Origin: a virus
Lineage: Duplodnaviria > Caudoviricetes
IMG/VR virus record: IMGVR_UViG_3300010153_004489
Location: 1 to 42,964 of that record
DNA: 42,964 nucleotides
Reading direction: 5' to 3' (one strand)
The position numbers and the translations under genes are program-made. Positions within the stretch are counted from its first letter, which is position 1. Each line of letters opens with the position of its first letter. The notes under the pieces are model-generated. The model was given only the letters and a program-made list of their open reading frames with translations. It was not told the origin of the DNA and ran no database searches. Shown one piece after another: positions 16,763 to 26,790 of the stretch.

Positions 16763-18177
16763 AACTAGGAGTATGTGTCCCTTATAGAAATAGAGAGTTA
16801 CATATGCATGAATTTATTCCTAAGATGGGTAAATATCTTAAGAATAGAAATATTGATTTTCAAATATACTTTTGTCATCAAGTAGATGATAAGCTATTCA
16901 ATAGAGGAGCTACAAAAAATATAGCAGCAAAACACGCATTTGAAGAAGGATGTGATTATATAGTTTGGCATGATATCGATATGATACCTGAAGAAGGTGG
17001 CGGAGCAGATTATTCATTCCCCGAAGAACATCCAAGACATATCGCTACTAAAATATCTCAAATGGACTATAAGCTAAAGTATCATGAATATTTCGGTGGT
17101 GCTGTAGTATTTAGTAAAGAACAAGTTGAAAGAACAAATGGGTACTCTAATGATTATTGGGATTGGGGTATGGAAGATGACGATCTTTTTTGGAGATGCT
17201 ATAAAGAAGGGTATACTAATGATACATATTTATTAAAAAAAGCTATTAAACAAAAGTTTTTATCCTTTAATGGTTCCGATTCGGTAGTTAAAATACCATA
17301 TACTAGAAGTATAAAAAGTATACCTTCTCGATCACATACCATCTCAGTCTTATGTAGAGCATATCAACAACCTGATAAACAAAAAATACACTTAATAGGT
17401 GATAATGAAGCTAAATACGTTGAATACCCTATCTTAAGAGTCCCAGGGTACGACTACGGATTATCGTTTAATAATTCTAGAGCTCTTTCGTTACAGTTTT
17501 GGAATATGTTTCATCAACATAACTACATGTGGGTTAAAAGGTATGATAGTCAATGGTCTTGGTTAACAGTAGTAATTGATGATATATCTAAAAAAGCTCA
17601 TTTTTATTTAAACGGTACAGAAGTTGATTCAAAAGGAGGCTACGGTAGTCCTTCTCCATTAGAATTTAACGGTAGACTTTTAAAGTATGATTCAAAACAT
17701 ATTTATTTAGGATCATCGTTACATGAAAAAAATGATAGCGCTGCTAAATACTTTAAAGGAGATATAGCAAGAGTTTATGGATGGAATAGAGCTTTATCAC
17801 CTAAAGAGGTTGCTAACTTACATAAAGAATTACCTCTAGACGAAATTGCAATTAACACTAATTTTACTAACGGTATACCTGAAGAGTATAGCGCAGTTAA
17901 CGTAGAATTAAAAGAAGAAGAAGTAAAGATACCTAACTCTATACTACCACATAGAGTAGACGGTAAAATGAGATGTTTACCTCATAAAGACGAAGGATTA
18001 GTAAATGGAAAGTGGGTTAAAGGAGAAACAACAGCTGCTAATGAAAGAAGGTACGTATTAAAAATGCAACAAGATAAATTAAATTATAAACAAGATGGAA
18101 TCAAGCAAGTTAAATATGAGTTTGTAAAAGAGACTAAATTTACTCCTTGGGCCAAGATGATAGATATAAAATTATGA
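16759..18177 (+). CDS. Second GT7 glycosyltransferase with inserted LamG-like domain
   Basis: VPYRNR, FNRG, WHDIDMIP, YFGG, NGYSNDYWDWGMEDDD; insert runs LSFNG...FYLNG...FKGDIARVYGWNRALS. Confidence 0.9.
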   Translation: MKLGVCVPYRNRELHMHEFIPKMGKYLKNRNIDFQIYFCHQVDDKLFNRGATKNIAAKHAFEEGCDYIVWHDIDMIPEEGGGADYSFPEEHPRHIATKISQMDYKLKYHEYFGGAVVFSKEQVERTNGYSNDYWDWGMEDDDLFWRCYKEGYTNDTYLLKKAIKQKFLSFNGSDSVVKIPYTRSIKSIPSRSHTISVLCRAYQQPDKQKIHLIGDNEAKYVEYPILRVPGYDYGLSFNNSRALSLQFWNMFHQHNYMWVKRYDSQWSWLTVVIDDISKKAHFYLNGTEVDSKGGYGSPSPLEFNGRLLKYDSKHIYLGSSLHEKNDSAAKYFKGDIARVYGWNRALSPKEVANLHKELPLDEIAINTNFTNGIPEEYSAVNVELKEEEVKIPNSILPHRVDGKMRCLPHKDEGLVNGKWVKGETTAANERRYVLKMQQDKLNYKQDGIKQVKYEFVKETKFTPWAKMIDIKL

Positions 18178-19589
18178 CAGCAGAAACTTCGAAAATTTCT
18201 TTTACTAACCCTGACTATATAAATACTAAGGAAAAGTTAGATAAGGTAGGATGTGGGATGTGTTTAGCAAAATGGACACAAGTAACCATACACCTACAAA
18301 TGGGACAGACTCATTCATGTCACCACCCGTCTACACATCATATACCTGTAGGAGAGCTAAAAAGAAATCCATCAGCATTACATAATACTTTATTCAAAAA
18401 GCAGAAAAGAAAAGAGATGCTTGAAGGTAAAAGACCTAAGGAATGCGGTTACTGCTGGAATGTAGAAGATAACTCAGATTCATTCTCTGATAGGACTTTT
18501 AAATCTAACGAAAGTTGGTCAGCTCCACATTACGATGAAATAGTTAATTTAGGTTGGAGACAAGATTTTAACCCCCGTTATGTAGAAGTTGCATTTTCTA
18601 ATAATTGTAATTTTAAATGTTCTTATTGCGGTCCTTCTTTCTCGTCAGCTTGGGTTCAAGAAGCAAAAGAGCACGGTCCTTACCCTACCGATGATAGATT
18701 TAACGATATAGGGTATTTAAAAGCTAATAAAAAAATGCCCATACACCATAAAGACTATAATCCATATGTAGAAGCATTTTGGAAATGGTGGCCAGACTTA
18801 TATAGAGATTTACATACATTTAGAATTACTGGAGGTGAACCTCTTATGTCTAAAGATACTTGGAAAATTTTAGATTATATTATTAATGAACCTAATCCTA
18901 ATACTAATTTAAATTTAGCTATTAATTCAAATTTAGGTGTTAACGATGGATTAGTAAATAAGTTTATAGAAAAAATTAAACAGATAGAAGATGCTGGTAA
19001 AGTAAAAGAATTTATTATATTTACCTCAGTTGATGCATGGGGTGAACAAGCTGAATATATAAGAAATGGATTAGAATTTAATAGGTTCTGGGATAATATG
19101 AATAAGATATTAACAGCATGTCCTAGAGTAAACCTAACTATTATGTCTACGTTTAACGGACTATCAGTTCCTAGTTATAGAAAGCTCATAAATGGAGTAT
19201 ATACATTAAAACAAGATTATACCTCTACCGATAGATATTGGGCTTCAGCAGTATTTTTAGATTCTTCTTATTTAAGATTTCCTACTCATCAAACATTACA
19301 GGTAATTCCATCTGTATGGGCTAACGAAGTTCTTTCTTTTGCCCAACATGCTGATTATTTAGGTATACCAAAATTTGATAATAAGTTAGTAGGTTACTCT
19401 GATGTTGAAATACAAAAATTAAAAAGAGCATACGATTGGATGATTTCTCCTAAAGACGAACAAAAATTATTAAATCAAAGATCTAACTTTGGAAGGTACT
19501 TTAGAGCACATGATGAAAGAAGAGGAACCGACTTTAAAAAGACATTCCCAGAATTAGCTGATTTTTACGAATATACTTTAACTTTATAA
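18174..19589 (+). CDS. Radical SAM protein with N-terminal twitch/SPASM-like Cys cluster
   Basis: CNFKCSYC, ITGGEP, and N-terminal CLAKW..SCHH..CGYCW. ATG 18174 overlaps the previous stop (ATGA) and is preferred to TTG 18147. Confidence 0.88.
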   Translation: MTAETSKISFTNPDYINTKEKLDKVGCGMCLAKWTQVTIHLQMGQTHSCHHPSTHHIPVGELKRNPSALHNTLFKKQKRKEMLEGKRPKECGYCWNVEDNSDSFSDRTFKSNESWSAPHYDEIVNLGWRQDFNPRYVEVAFSNNCNFKCSYCGPSFSSAWVQEAKEHGPYPTDDRFNDIGYLKANKKMPIHHKDYNPYVEAFWKWWPDLYRDLHTFRITGGEPLMSKDTWKILDYIINEPNPNTNLNLAINSNLGVNDGLVNKFIEKIKQIEDAGKVKEFIIFTSVDAWGEQAEYIRNGLEFNRFWDNMNKILTACPRVNLTIMSTFNGLSVPSYRKLINGVYTLKQDYTSTDRYWASAVFLDSSYLRFPTHQTLQVIPSVWANEVLSFAQHADYLGIPKFDNKLVGYSDVEIQKLKRAYDWMISPKDEQKLLNQRSNFGRYFRAHDERRGTDFKKTFPELADFYEYTLTL

Positions 19590-19590
19590 A

Positions 19591-20316
19591 ATGAAAATAG
19601 GTTTTGATAACTCTTATCTGTTTCCTGCAGGTAATAAAAATAAATTAGTAAGAAACGAACCCGATGCTATATGGACTAAAGACTGTACCGTAATGGTTCG
19701 GTTTACTCCAGATGTAGATAAGTTTGTAGAAGAATTAGGTGATGAATGGAGAAAAGCTGGTTGTGTAATAGGTAAAAACGGAAAACATATTGGAGTATTT
19801 TATGCATTAGGTAGATCAGGAGAAGATATACATCACTTTGTTATGTTTGAATATTGGTGTTATAATGAAGAAAAAGGAGATGATGATATAAAAACTATTA
19901 TGTTTGATGTAACTGATAAAAAAGATAGTGAATATTTTGACGTCACTGTAAAGAGGAGAGGAGGCAAATTCATCTTTACTTTAAACGGAGAAGAAAAAGT
20001 AGAAGAAATTAAAAAACTTGCTGATTATAGTTATAGTTTCTTATGGATTGGAGCAGCTACTAGAGTTAACCCTGATCATAATGATATATTTTATGGTGAT
20101 ATAGATAGAATGCATATACAATACGGCATTACACCTGAAAGAGATATTGAACTATTCTTTAATAACTACGAAGAATTCAATAATAAAACTAAATCTCTTA
20201 CTAATAAGGAAAATATATTCACATCAGACTTTAAAAATATTACCCAGTATAAAGTATTAGATCAATCATCAAACGGTAACCACCCAATAAGATATAGTAA
20301 GGAATGGCTAGATTAA
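19591..20316 (+). CDS. Stand-alone LamG/ConA-like domain protein
   Basis: FTLNG, LWIGA, FYGDID and a C-terminal VLDQSSNGNH pattern, also seen in the GT7 inserts. Confidence 0.6.
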   Translation: MKIGFDNSYLFPAGNKNKLVRNEPDAIWTKDCTVMVRFTPDVDKFVEELGDEWRKAGCVIGKNGKHIGVFYALGRSGEDIHHFVMFEYWCYNEEKGDDDIKTIMFDVTDKKDSEYFDVTVKRRGGKFIFTLNGEEKVEEIKKLADYSYSFLWIGAATRVNPDHNDIFYGDIDRMHIQYGITPERDIELFFNNYEEFNNKTKSLTNKENIFTSDFKNITQYKVLDQSSNGNHPIRYSKEWLD

Positions 20317-21158
20317 ATTTTAAAACTTTATATGCTAACGGTGATAGCTGGACCGCAGGTGATATAGTAGATCCTGAGCTTTTTGGAGATAATCTTTCTA
20401 AAGTAAACGATCCTGATAATAAACCATATAGGTTACCAAGAGTATGGCCTCATAAGATAGGAAAAGAGCTTAATATAGAAGTAATAAATAATAGTCATGC
20501 AGGAGCATCTAATGATAGAATATTTAGAAGTACTATTAATGATATAGTAAATCTACTTAAAACCAATAAACCAGAAGACTTATTAGTAGTAGTTGGATGG
20601 TCATCACCTGAAAGAAGAGACTTTTTTTATAAATGGCATGAACAAGATACAGGAGAATGGGAATGCCTCTATCCCGGTGAATTAGAACATTGGACATCAG
20701 AAAGAAAAGAGTTATTAGACTTCTATAAGTTATATGTAACCAACCACTGGTATCCTGAGGAATTTATAACAAGACATTGTTTAAATAATATTTCTTTACA
20801 TTACTTTTTAAAAGGATTAAATATTAAACATATATTTTTTAATAGTTTTTATGAGAATAAAGAAGATGTAATAGATAAAGATAAACACCAGTTATTAGAG
20901 TCTCCTAAGTTTGATACTTTTATAAGTGATTTTTACAATGATACAGATATTAAGACTTTAAAAAGATTAGAAATTGATAACATATTAACAGAGTATACTT
21001 CTGTTTATAAAGATGTATTTTTTAAAGACACTTTTATTTCTTATTTACTATCTTTTGATATAGAAGAGAAGATATTAGATTACCATCCTACTGAAAAAGG
21101 ACATGAACTATGGGCAAAGTATTTAAGTAGTTATATATATGATAAGTTTAGAAGATAA
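20304..21158 (+). CDS. SGNH/GDSL-like hydrolase or acyltransferase
   Basis: YANGDSWTAG, GASN and DYHPTEKGHELWA. Confidence 0.75.
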   Translation: MARLNFKTLYANGDSWTAGDIVDPELFGDNLSKVNDPDNKPYRLPRVWPHKIGKELNIEVINNSHAGASNDRIFRSTINDIVNLLKTNKPEDLLVVVGWSSPERRDFFYKWHEQDTGEWECLYPGELEHWTSERKELLDFYKLYVTNHWYPEEFITRHCLNNISLHYFLKGLNIKHIFFNSFYENKEDVIDKDKHQLLESPKFDTFISDFYNDTDIKTLKRLEIDNILTEYTSVYKDVFFKDTFISYLLSFDIEEKILDYHPTEKGHELWAKYLSSYIYDKFRR

Positions 21159-22419
21159 TTTTAATCAAGTAAGTTTGCATAATCCATCTAAAGAAATACT
21201 TTCTTTATATGAAGGTGTAACCGAAATAGAAGAATTCGATCCTAGAGGTTATAGAATGGTAAGACCTTTATTTTCACATTCTGATATGCCAAGATTTTTA
21301 AATATAACAAAAGTTAGAGAAGCTGATTTTAACTGGGATCAAGATTTTATATACCCAGTAGTCCTACACCATAATAATGAATTAGCTGCTAAATACTTAA
21401 ATCTTATACCTTCTCATATTTTAGAAAAAATTAGATCTAAACAATGCAAATTAGTTTTAGATAATACCATGGAGGGAGATAGAGTAGCTAAGTTTTATAC
21501 AGCTTTATACAGGTCTATTGATGGGCTAGATCTTCCTGCATCCCAAATATATTACGTTACTAATAGTTTAGTAGGAGAATTAGAACATGAAACGTGGAAA
21601 AATAAAAATTATAGACAGCATAATAATATAAATGTTATCTCATTTATGTATAATGTTATGGATGTACAACGTTTAAAGGGTTTAGGCCATTTACCCGAAG
21701 TAGTAGATATAGAAAAAGAAATACAGTACAAAAGAGATAATTTTTTAAATATAAAAGAGTTTTTAAAAGTTAATAGAACAGGAAGACCCGAACGTAATCT
21801 TTTTATGTTTCATATTAATAAAAATAGATTATATGATAAGTTTAAAATAAGCTTTCCTGAACTCCCTGATTATACTTATCCTTCTATGAATTTTGGAGAT
21901 TTACTAAATATTGATAATATAAGAGAAGTAAAAGAAAGATGCCCTATAGATATCGATAAAACTGATGCTACTAACCATGGAGAACCAGGCTTCGGTGAAG
22001 GTAAGTTCAACGCAGATTTACCTTTTCAGCCTATACATTATAGAAATACCTTAATAAGTGTAGTTATGTGTGCATTTCCATTTGTTGAAAACTGCTGCCA
22101 TTTGCATAGCTCTACGTTTAATCCTATATACTGTGGTCATCCTATATTACAGTTTGGTCCTCATAAACATTTAGAAGTATTAAGAAATAATGGATTTAAA
22201 ACATTTGATAAATGGTGGGATGAATCTTACGATGAATTACCAGAAGGATGGGATAGATTTAAAGGAGTTCTAAAAAATATAGATATTTTGAGTAAAAAAT
22301 CTAAAAAAGAAATATTTGAAATGTATGTAGATATGAAAGAAAATTTACAACATAATTCTGATTTAATACAGAACTATAACGGCAGTAATATACTAAGACA
22401 AAGAATAATTAATGAATAA
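21139..22419 (+). CDS. Hypothetical glycosyltransferase-like protein
   Basis: FLKVNR..RPER and HPILQFG...LRNNGFKTFDKWWDESYD, a pattern I associate with phage glycan-cluster proteins. Confidence 0.5.
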   Translation: MISLEDNFNQVSLHNPSKEILSLYEGVTEIEEFDPRGYRMVRPLFSHSDMPRFLNITKVREADFNWDQDFIYPVVLHHNNELAAKYLNLIPSHILEKIRSKQCKLVLDNTMEGDRVAKFYTALYRSIDGLDLPASQIYYVTNSLVGELEHETWKNKNYRQHNNINVISFMYNVMDVQRLKGLGHLPEVVDIEKEIQYKRDNFLNIKEFLKVNRTGRPERNLFMFHINKNRLYDKFKISFPELPDYTYPSMNFGDLLNIDNIREVKERCPIDIDKTDATNHGEPGFGEGKFNADLPFQPIHYRNTLISVVMCAFPFVENCCHLHSSTFNPIYCGHPILQFGPHKHLEVLRNNGFKTFDKWWDESYDELPEGWDRFKGVLKNIDILSKKSKKEIFEMYVDMKENLQHNSDLIQNYNGSNILRQRIINE

Positions 22420-22825
22420 CGATTTTTACAACAGTAAGTTTACTATTAGTGGAGATATAGATGATATTGATATACCATTTAACTTTGACATCTACTCAGG
22501 AAGTAATAGCTCAATATATATGCAAATTAAGGAACATGAACTTAATAATGATGAATTTTATGACGGTCATTTAATAGTAAGGGATAAAAGTAAATTAAAG
22601 GATATAGATTTAGATAATCTAAGTAACTATAAACTTACTCCTAATAATATATACTTTTATAAAGTTGAACATAGTGGCTTTGATTGGGATTGTAAAGTAG
22701 ATGATAGTATAATTTTATGTAGCTCTTGGGTAATACCATTTGTGCTAAACGAACATAAAATCGATAATTCACTGTATGGAGAAATGGCAACTCATAGAGT
22801 AGAAATGAAAGAATTTAATCAATGA
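22412..22825 (+). CDS. Hypothetical protein
   Basis: 137-aa ORF overlapping both neighbours. Confidence 0.55.
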   Translation: MNNDFYNSKFTISGDIDDIDIPFNFDIYSGSNSSIYMQIKEHELNNDEFYDGHLIVRDKSKLKDIDLDNLSNYKLTPNNIYFYKVEHSGFDWDCKVDDSIILCSSWVIPFVLNEHKIDNSLYGEMATHRVEMKEFNQ

Positions 22826-23601
22826 GAATAGCAGTTTGTATTAGCGGGCAACTAAGAAAATGGAAGGTAGGTCACCATAATCAAAAATGGTTCTGGTCTA
22901 CTGTTAACCAACCTAATGTTCAAGTAGATTATTTTGGACATACTTGGACCTATAGTGGAGATAGACAAGGAGTATCTCAACCGTATATAGATAGAGAGGT
23001 TAAAGAAGAGGAGTTTTTAGAATTTGCTAACGCGTTTAAGTTTAAAAAAATTCTTTTCGATGATAGACGTACTCCTTTTTTCTATAATAATGATCATTGG
23101 AGCAGTTTATTCTACAGTTTAAGTAAATCTCTTATGTTAAAAAGAGAGTATGAAATTGAAAATAACTTTACTTATGACGTAGTAGTCAAATCTAGACCCG
23201 ACGTAATATTTAGTCCACGAAAGCATTTTGAAATACCCCCACTATTTAACAACTGTCTTTACTCTACTCATGGTGGACCTATGGGTATGGAGTTTAATAA
23301 GTATAATTTTAATGATTGTGTGTTTTTAGGTAATTCCTATACTATGGATCTTTTAACTAATTTATACTTTTACAGACAAGCAGGTATTAACGAAAATACA
23401 AAAGGTAATAAAAATATACATCCTCTAGGACCAGGTACATTAATGATGGAATATTTTAGTGAATACGGTATTACGCCATTTTTTGATTTATATTTTCAAG
23501 AAACGTTACTAAAAGAGGGTTGTCCTGAAGGCTTAGATTTATTTGATGAAGGAGACTATAATATTATGAATAACTATTTTACAGAGTGGTATAATAAATG
23601 A
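22822..23601 (+). CDS. Glycosyltransferase-like protein (xIAVCxSGQxR family)
   Basis: MRIAVCISGQLR, HTW, YDVVVKSRPD, ND; paralogous to the C-terminal domain of the 29348 gene. Confidence 0.55.
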   Translation: MRIAVCISGQLRKWKVGHHNQKWFWSTVNQPNVQVDYFGHTWTYSGDRQGVSQPYIDREVKEEEFLEFANAFKFKKILFDDRRTPFFYNNDHWSSLFYSLSKSLMLKREYEIENNFTYDVVVKSRPDVIFSPRKHFEIPPLFNNCLYSTHGGPMGMEFNKYNFNDCVFLGNSYTMDLLTNLYFYRQAGINENTKGNKNIHPLGPGTLMMEYFSEYGITPFFDLYFQETLLKEGCPEGLDLFDEGDYNIMNNYFTEWYNK

Positions 23602-24533
23602 AAAAGAAGCTAGCTATTTTTGTATGTTCTAACGGATTGGGGCACTTTAGTAGAGTATTAAAAATTACTAAACACCTAACATCAGTTTACGATGTAGATA
23701 TATATTGCGAAAAATTTCAATACGAAAAGTTTAAACCTAACTCTAATGCTAAATTTATATTTTATCAGTTGAGTAATATAAGATGGGATGAAGCATTAGG
23801 ATCTAACCAGGTTGATAGTGAAAAATATCAAAAATGGTGTGCCTTATATGGACCAGTTAGTTTAAAGTATGATATAGTAATTAGTGATAATATTGTCGGT
23901 CTATTAAGATATAGATCTGATATTATTTTATCAGGTTCATTTTTATGGAAAGATGTATTTTATAGTAAATTTAAAGATAATAAAATTACCGATTTTGATT
24001 CTGAACTACTTGAAAAATATAATCCATTAATACTTACTAATAAGTATGTAGAAACTGGTTCTTTAAAAAACTATAATAATAAAGTAGGATTTGGATGGGG
24101 ATGCGATATTAAGAAAAATAATACTTGGGATATATCTAAAAAAATAGTTTTAGCTAAACCTAGTCTTAATTACTTAGATTCTTATACTAACTTTTTAGAT
24201 AAAATTAATAGCTTAAACTTAAATTTTAAAATAGAAAATAGTGTGCATAAGACTGCTAACTGTACCTTTATTATTAGACCAGGAGTAGGAATGTTAACTC
24301 ACTGTATTGAAAATAGTATACCAGTATTAGCGTTATATGATATGAATGATTCAAATGAAATAATTGAACTAGCTAAAAGAGTTGATTCTCTTGGTATAGG
24401 TTATTCACATAATATTAATAAAGGTTTTGATATAAAAAAGTTTATGGATAATACAGGTAATACTATTTATAATAAATTAAAATTTGACAAAGAAGGTTAT
24501 AGTAAAATAGCTGAGTATATAAAACAATTATAG
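23598..24533 (+). CDS. GT-B fold glycosyltransferase-like protein (GT28/PseG-like N-terminus)
   Basis: SNGLGHFSR, DIVISD and IIRPGVG.L...I...IP. Confidence 0.65.
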   Translation: MKKKLAIFVCSNGLGHFSRVLKITKHLTSVYDVDIYCEKFQYEKFKPNSNAKFIFYQLSNIRWDEALGSNQVDSEKYQKWCALYGPVSLKYDIVISDNIVGLLRYRSDIILSGSFLWKDVFYSKFKDNKITDFDSELLEKYNPLILTNKYVETGSLKNYNNKVGFGWGCDIKKNNTWDISKKIVLAKPSLNYLDSYTNFLDKINSLNLNFKIENSVHKTANCTFIIRPGVGMLTHCIENSIPVLALYDMNDSNEIIELAKRVDSLGIGYSHNINKGFDIKKFMDNTGNTIYNKLKFDKEGYSKIAEYIKQL

Positions 24534-24535
24534 TT

Positions 24536-25303
24536 ATGAAAATAGGAGTTATAGGAGTTGGAGTAGTAGGTACTGCAATAGAACAGGGTTTTAAAGATTT
24601 AGGTCATATAGTTAAGACTCATGACATAAAACATAATACTAAAATAGAAAATGTTTTAGATACTAAACTAGTCTTTTTATGCCTTCCTACAAACCCTAAC
24701 AGAAAAGGGGAATGTGATACTAAGGCACTCTTTCAAGTAGTAAGAAGATTAAATCATTTAAGATACAAAGGAATTATAGCCGTTAAGTCTACCATTATCC
24801 CAGGTACTTATAATGAACTTTCAAAAGAATTTGACGAGGAAAGAATGTGTCATGTTCCTGAATTTTTGAGAGAAAAATTTGCTTATGAAGATTTTACTGA
24901 AAATCATAACGTTTTAGTTGTAGGAGCACCAAACTATAATGTAGCTAGAATAGTTATTAATTGTCATGGATACTATCCAAAAAACATAATTGAACTATCG
25001 CCTCAAGAAGCAGAATTTGTTAAATATTATTCTAATGTATTTAAAGCAGTTAAAATTACTTTTGCTAATTCATTTGGTAAAATATGCGATAAGTTTAATG
25101 TAGACTACTCATCTGTATTAAAAGCATTTGAATTAGAAAACGTAAAAGAAACAAGTTATTTAAAATACTCAAAAGACTTAGGAGGTTTTGGAGGAATGTG
25201 TTTACCTAAAGACGTACAAGCTCTATCTAAATTAGTTGATAACGAAGGTATAGAAGTTGATTTATTTAAATTTATATTAGAAGAAAATGAAAAGTTTATT
25301 TGA
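24536..25303 (+). CDS. ugd: UDP-glucose/GDP-mannose dehydrogenase family protein lacking the C-terminal domain
   Basis: IGVGVVG, CLPT, KSTIIPGT, PEFLRE, AEFVKY..N...A.KI.FAN, and GFGGMCLPKD with the catalytic Cys. Confidence 0.88.
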   Translation: MKIGVIGVGVVGTAIEQGFKDLGHIVKTHDIKHNTKIENVLDTKLVFLCLPTNPNRKGECDTKALFQVVRRLNHLRYKGIIAVKSTIIPGTYNELSKEFDEERMCHVPEFLREKFAYEDFTENHNVLVVGAPNYNVARIVINCHGYYPKNIIELSPQEAEFVKYYSNVFKAVKITFANSFGKICDKFNVDYSSVLKAFELENVKETSYLKYSKDLGGFGGMCLPKDVQALSKLVDNEGIEVDLFKFILEENEKFI

Positions 25304-25309
25304 ATCACT

Positions 25310-26152
25310 ATGAAAATAATAACGGGTGAACATATACAAGATTTATGCGGTGTTAGTATAAGCAAAAGAGAGCATAAACCATTAGAGAGTCAAAATCAAC
25401 TTGACTCTATTGATATAGATAATTTTAATTTTAAAAATTATGATAATCCTTCTATAGTTTATGTAAACAGTTCTCTAATTAATAATACTAAACCTAAATT
25501 AGTAGAAAGTAACTTATATGAAAAATTAAACCAGTTAAAAAATCCTTTTAATTTAGTTTTACATAATTCTGATGATTCTTTTGATGATATTCATTTAAAA
25601 TATTTTGATATAAAAAGTATTAAAAAAATATTTACTCAAAATATTAATACTAAACATGAGAGATTATCTCCCTTACCTATAGGATTGGCTAATTCTATGT
25701 GGGATTTTGGAGATATAGAATATTTTTCATCTCATTTAAATAGTTTACCCAAACAAGATAAGTTTATTCATTTTAATTTTACTGTTGAAGGAGGAGCACG
25801 AAACGAATATAGACCACAATGTTATAAAGCAGCAACCAAAAAAGGAATAGCTAAATCACCAGATTATAAATTTAACGAGTATGTTAAAGAAGTAGCAAGG
25901 AATAGGTATGGCCTCAGTCCTGAAGGCAACGGGATAGATTGTCATAGAATGTGGGAATATCTTTACTTAAAAGTTATACCTATATGTCATAGAAATATTT
26001 TAACTGAATATTTTTCTAAATTATTTCCTATTGTTTTAGTAGATGACTGGAACGATTTAGACCTAAATTATTTAGCAAATGAATATAAACCTGATTGGTC
26101 TAATTATGATTTATTAGATTTAAATAATTACTTAAACCATATAAAATGGTAA
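25310..26152 (+). CDS. Exostosin (GT47)-like protein
   Basis: LPIGL and YGLSPEGNGIDCHRMWE.LYL..IPI. Confidence 0.65.
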   Translation: MKIITGEHIQDLCGVSISKREHKPLESQNQLDSIDIDNFNFKNYDNPSIVYVNSSLINNTKPKLVESNLYEKLNQLKNPFNLVLHNSDDSFDDIHLKYFDIKSIKKIFTQNINTKHERLSPLPIGLANSMWDFGDIEYFSSHLNSLPKQDKFIHFNFTVEGGARNEYRPQCYKAATKKGIAKSPDYKFNEYVKEVARNRYGLSPEGNGIDCHRMWEYLYLKVIPICHRNILTEYFSKLFPIVLVDDWNDLDLNYLANEYKPDWSNYDLLDLNNYLNHIKW

Positions 26153-26790
26153 GTCACAAACATAAGTTTATATTTTTACATATTCCAAAGTGCGCTGGTA
26201 CTTCAATAGGAGAAACTTTAAATTCATATTTTGATGAATACTGGAACTATAGTGGTTTTAAGATACACCATGATGATTTAACTGAAAAAATGTTAAAAGA
26301 ATACTTTGTATTTACTATAGTAAGAAACCCTTGGGATAGACTATTCTCTCAATATAAGTTTAGACCATGGTTGAATTGTGACCCTTTTGAAGATACAGCT
26401 TATAATCTAGAAGAAAAATTTGAATCTGCTTATAATAAGTCTGTAAGAAATATTCCGGAACATATTAATCCTAAATTAGATAATGCGTTTAATAGAGCTA
26501 ACTGGTTTGATGAATTTGTTCATATACCATCTCAAGTAGAATTTTTAAACGGAAAATATAATGATAATATGAAAAAAATTTCGTATATTGATTATATAGG
26601 AAGGTTTGAGGATTTAGATAATTCATGGAAGTATATATGTGAAAAACTAAATATACCAGAAATTACATTACCACATAAAAATGTAAGTGAAGGAGAAAAA
26701 GATTATAAAAAAATATATACTGATGAAACAAAAGCTTATGTAGCTGAAAAGTATAGTGACGATATAAAACTATTTAATTATGAATTTTAA
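26146..26790 (+). CDS. Sulfotransferase (Sulfotransfer_2 family)
   Basis: FIFLHIPKCAGTSI (5'-PSB), IVRNPWDRLFSQY (3'-PB), IGRFEDL and Y..D..LFNY. Confidence 0.9.
   Translation: MVSHKHKFIFLHIPKCAGTSIGETLNSYFDEYWNYSGFKIHHDDLTEKMLKEYFVFTIVRNPWDRLFSQYKFRPWLNCDPFEDTAYNLEEKFESAYNKSVRNIPEHINPKLDNAFNRANWFDEFVHIPSQVEFLNGKYNDNMKKISYIDYIGRFEDLDNSWKYICEKLNIPEITLPHKNVSEGEKDYKKIYTDETKAYVAEKYSDDIKLFNYEF

Noticed and set aside
24536-25303. ugd-like gene as a pseudogene because it lacks the C-terminal domain
   Set aside because: The NAD-binding and catalytic motifs are intact, the ORF ends cleanly, and the next gene starts 6 nt later with no remnant of the missing domain.
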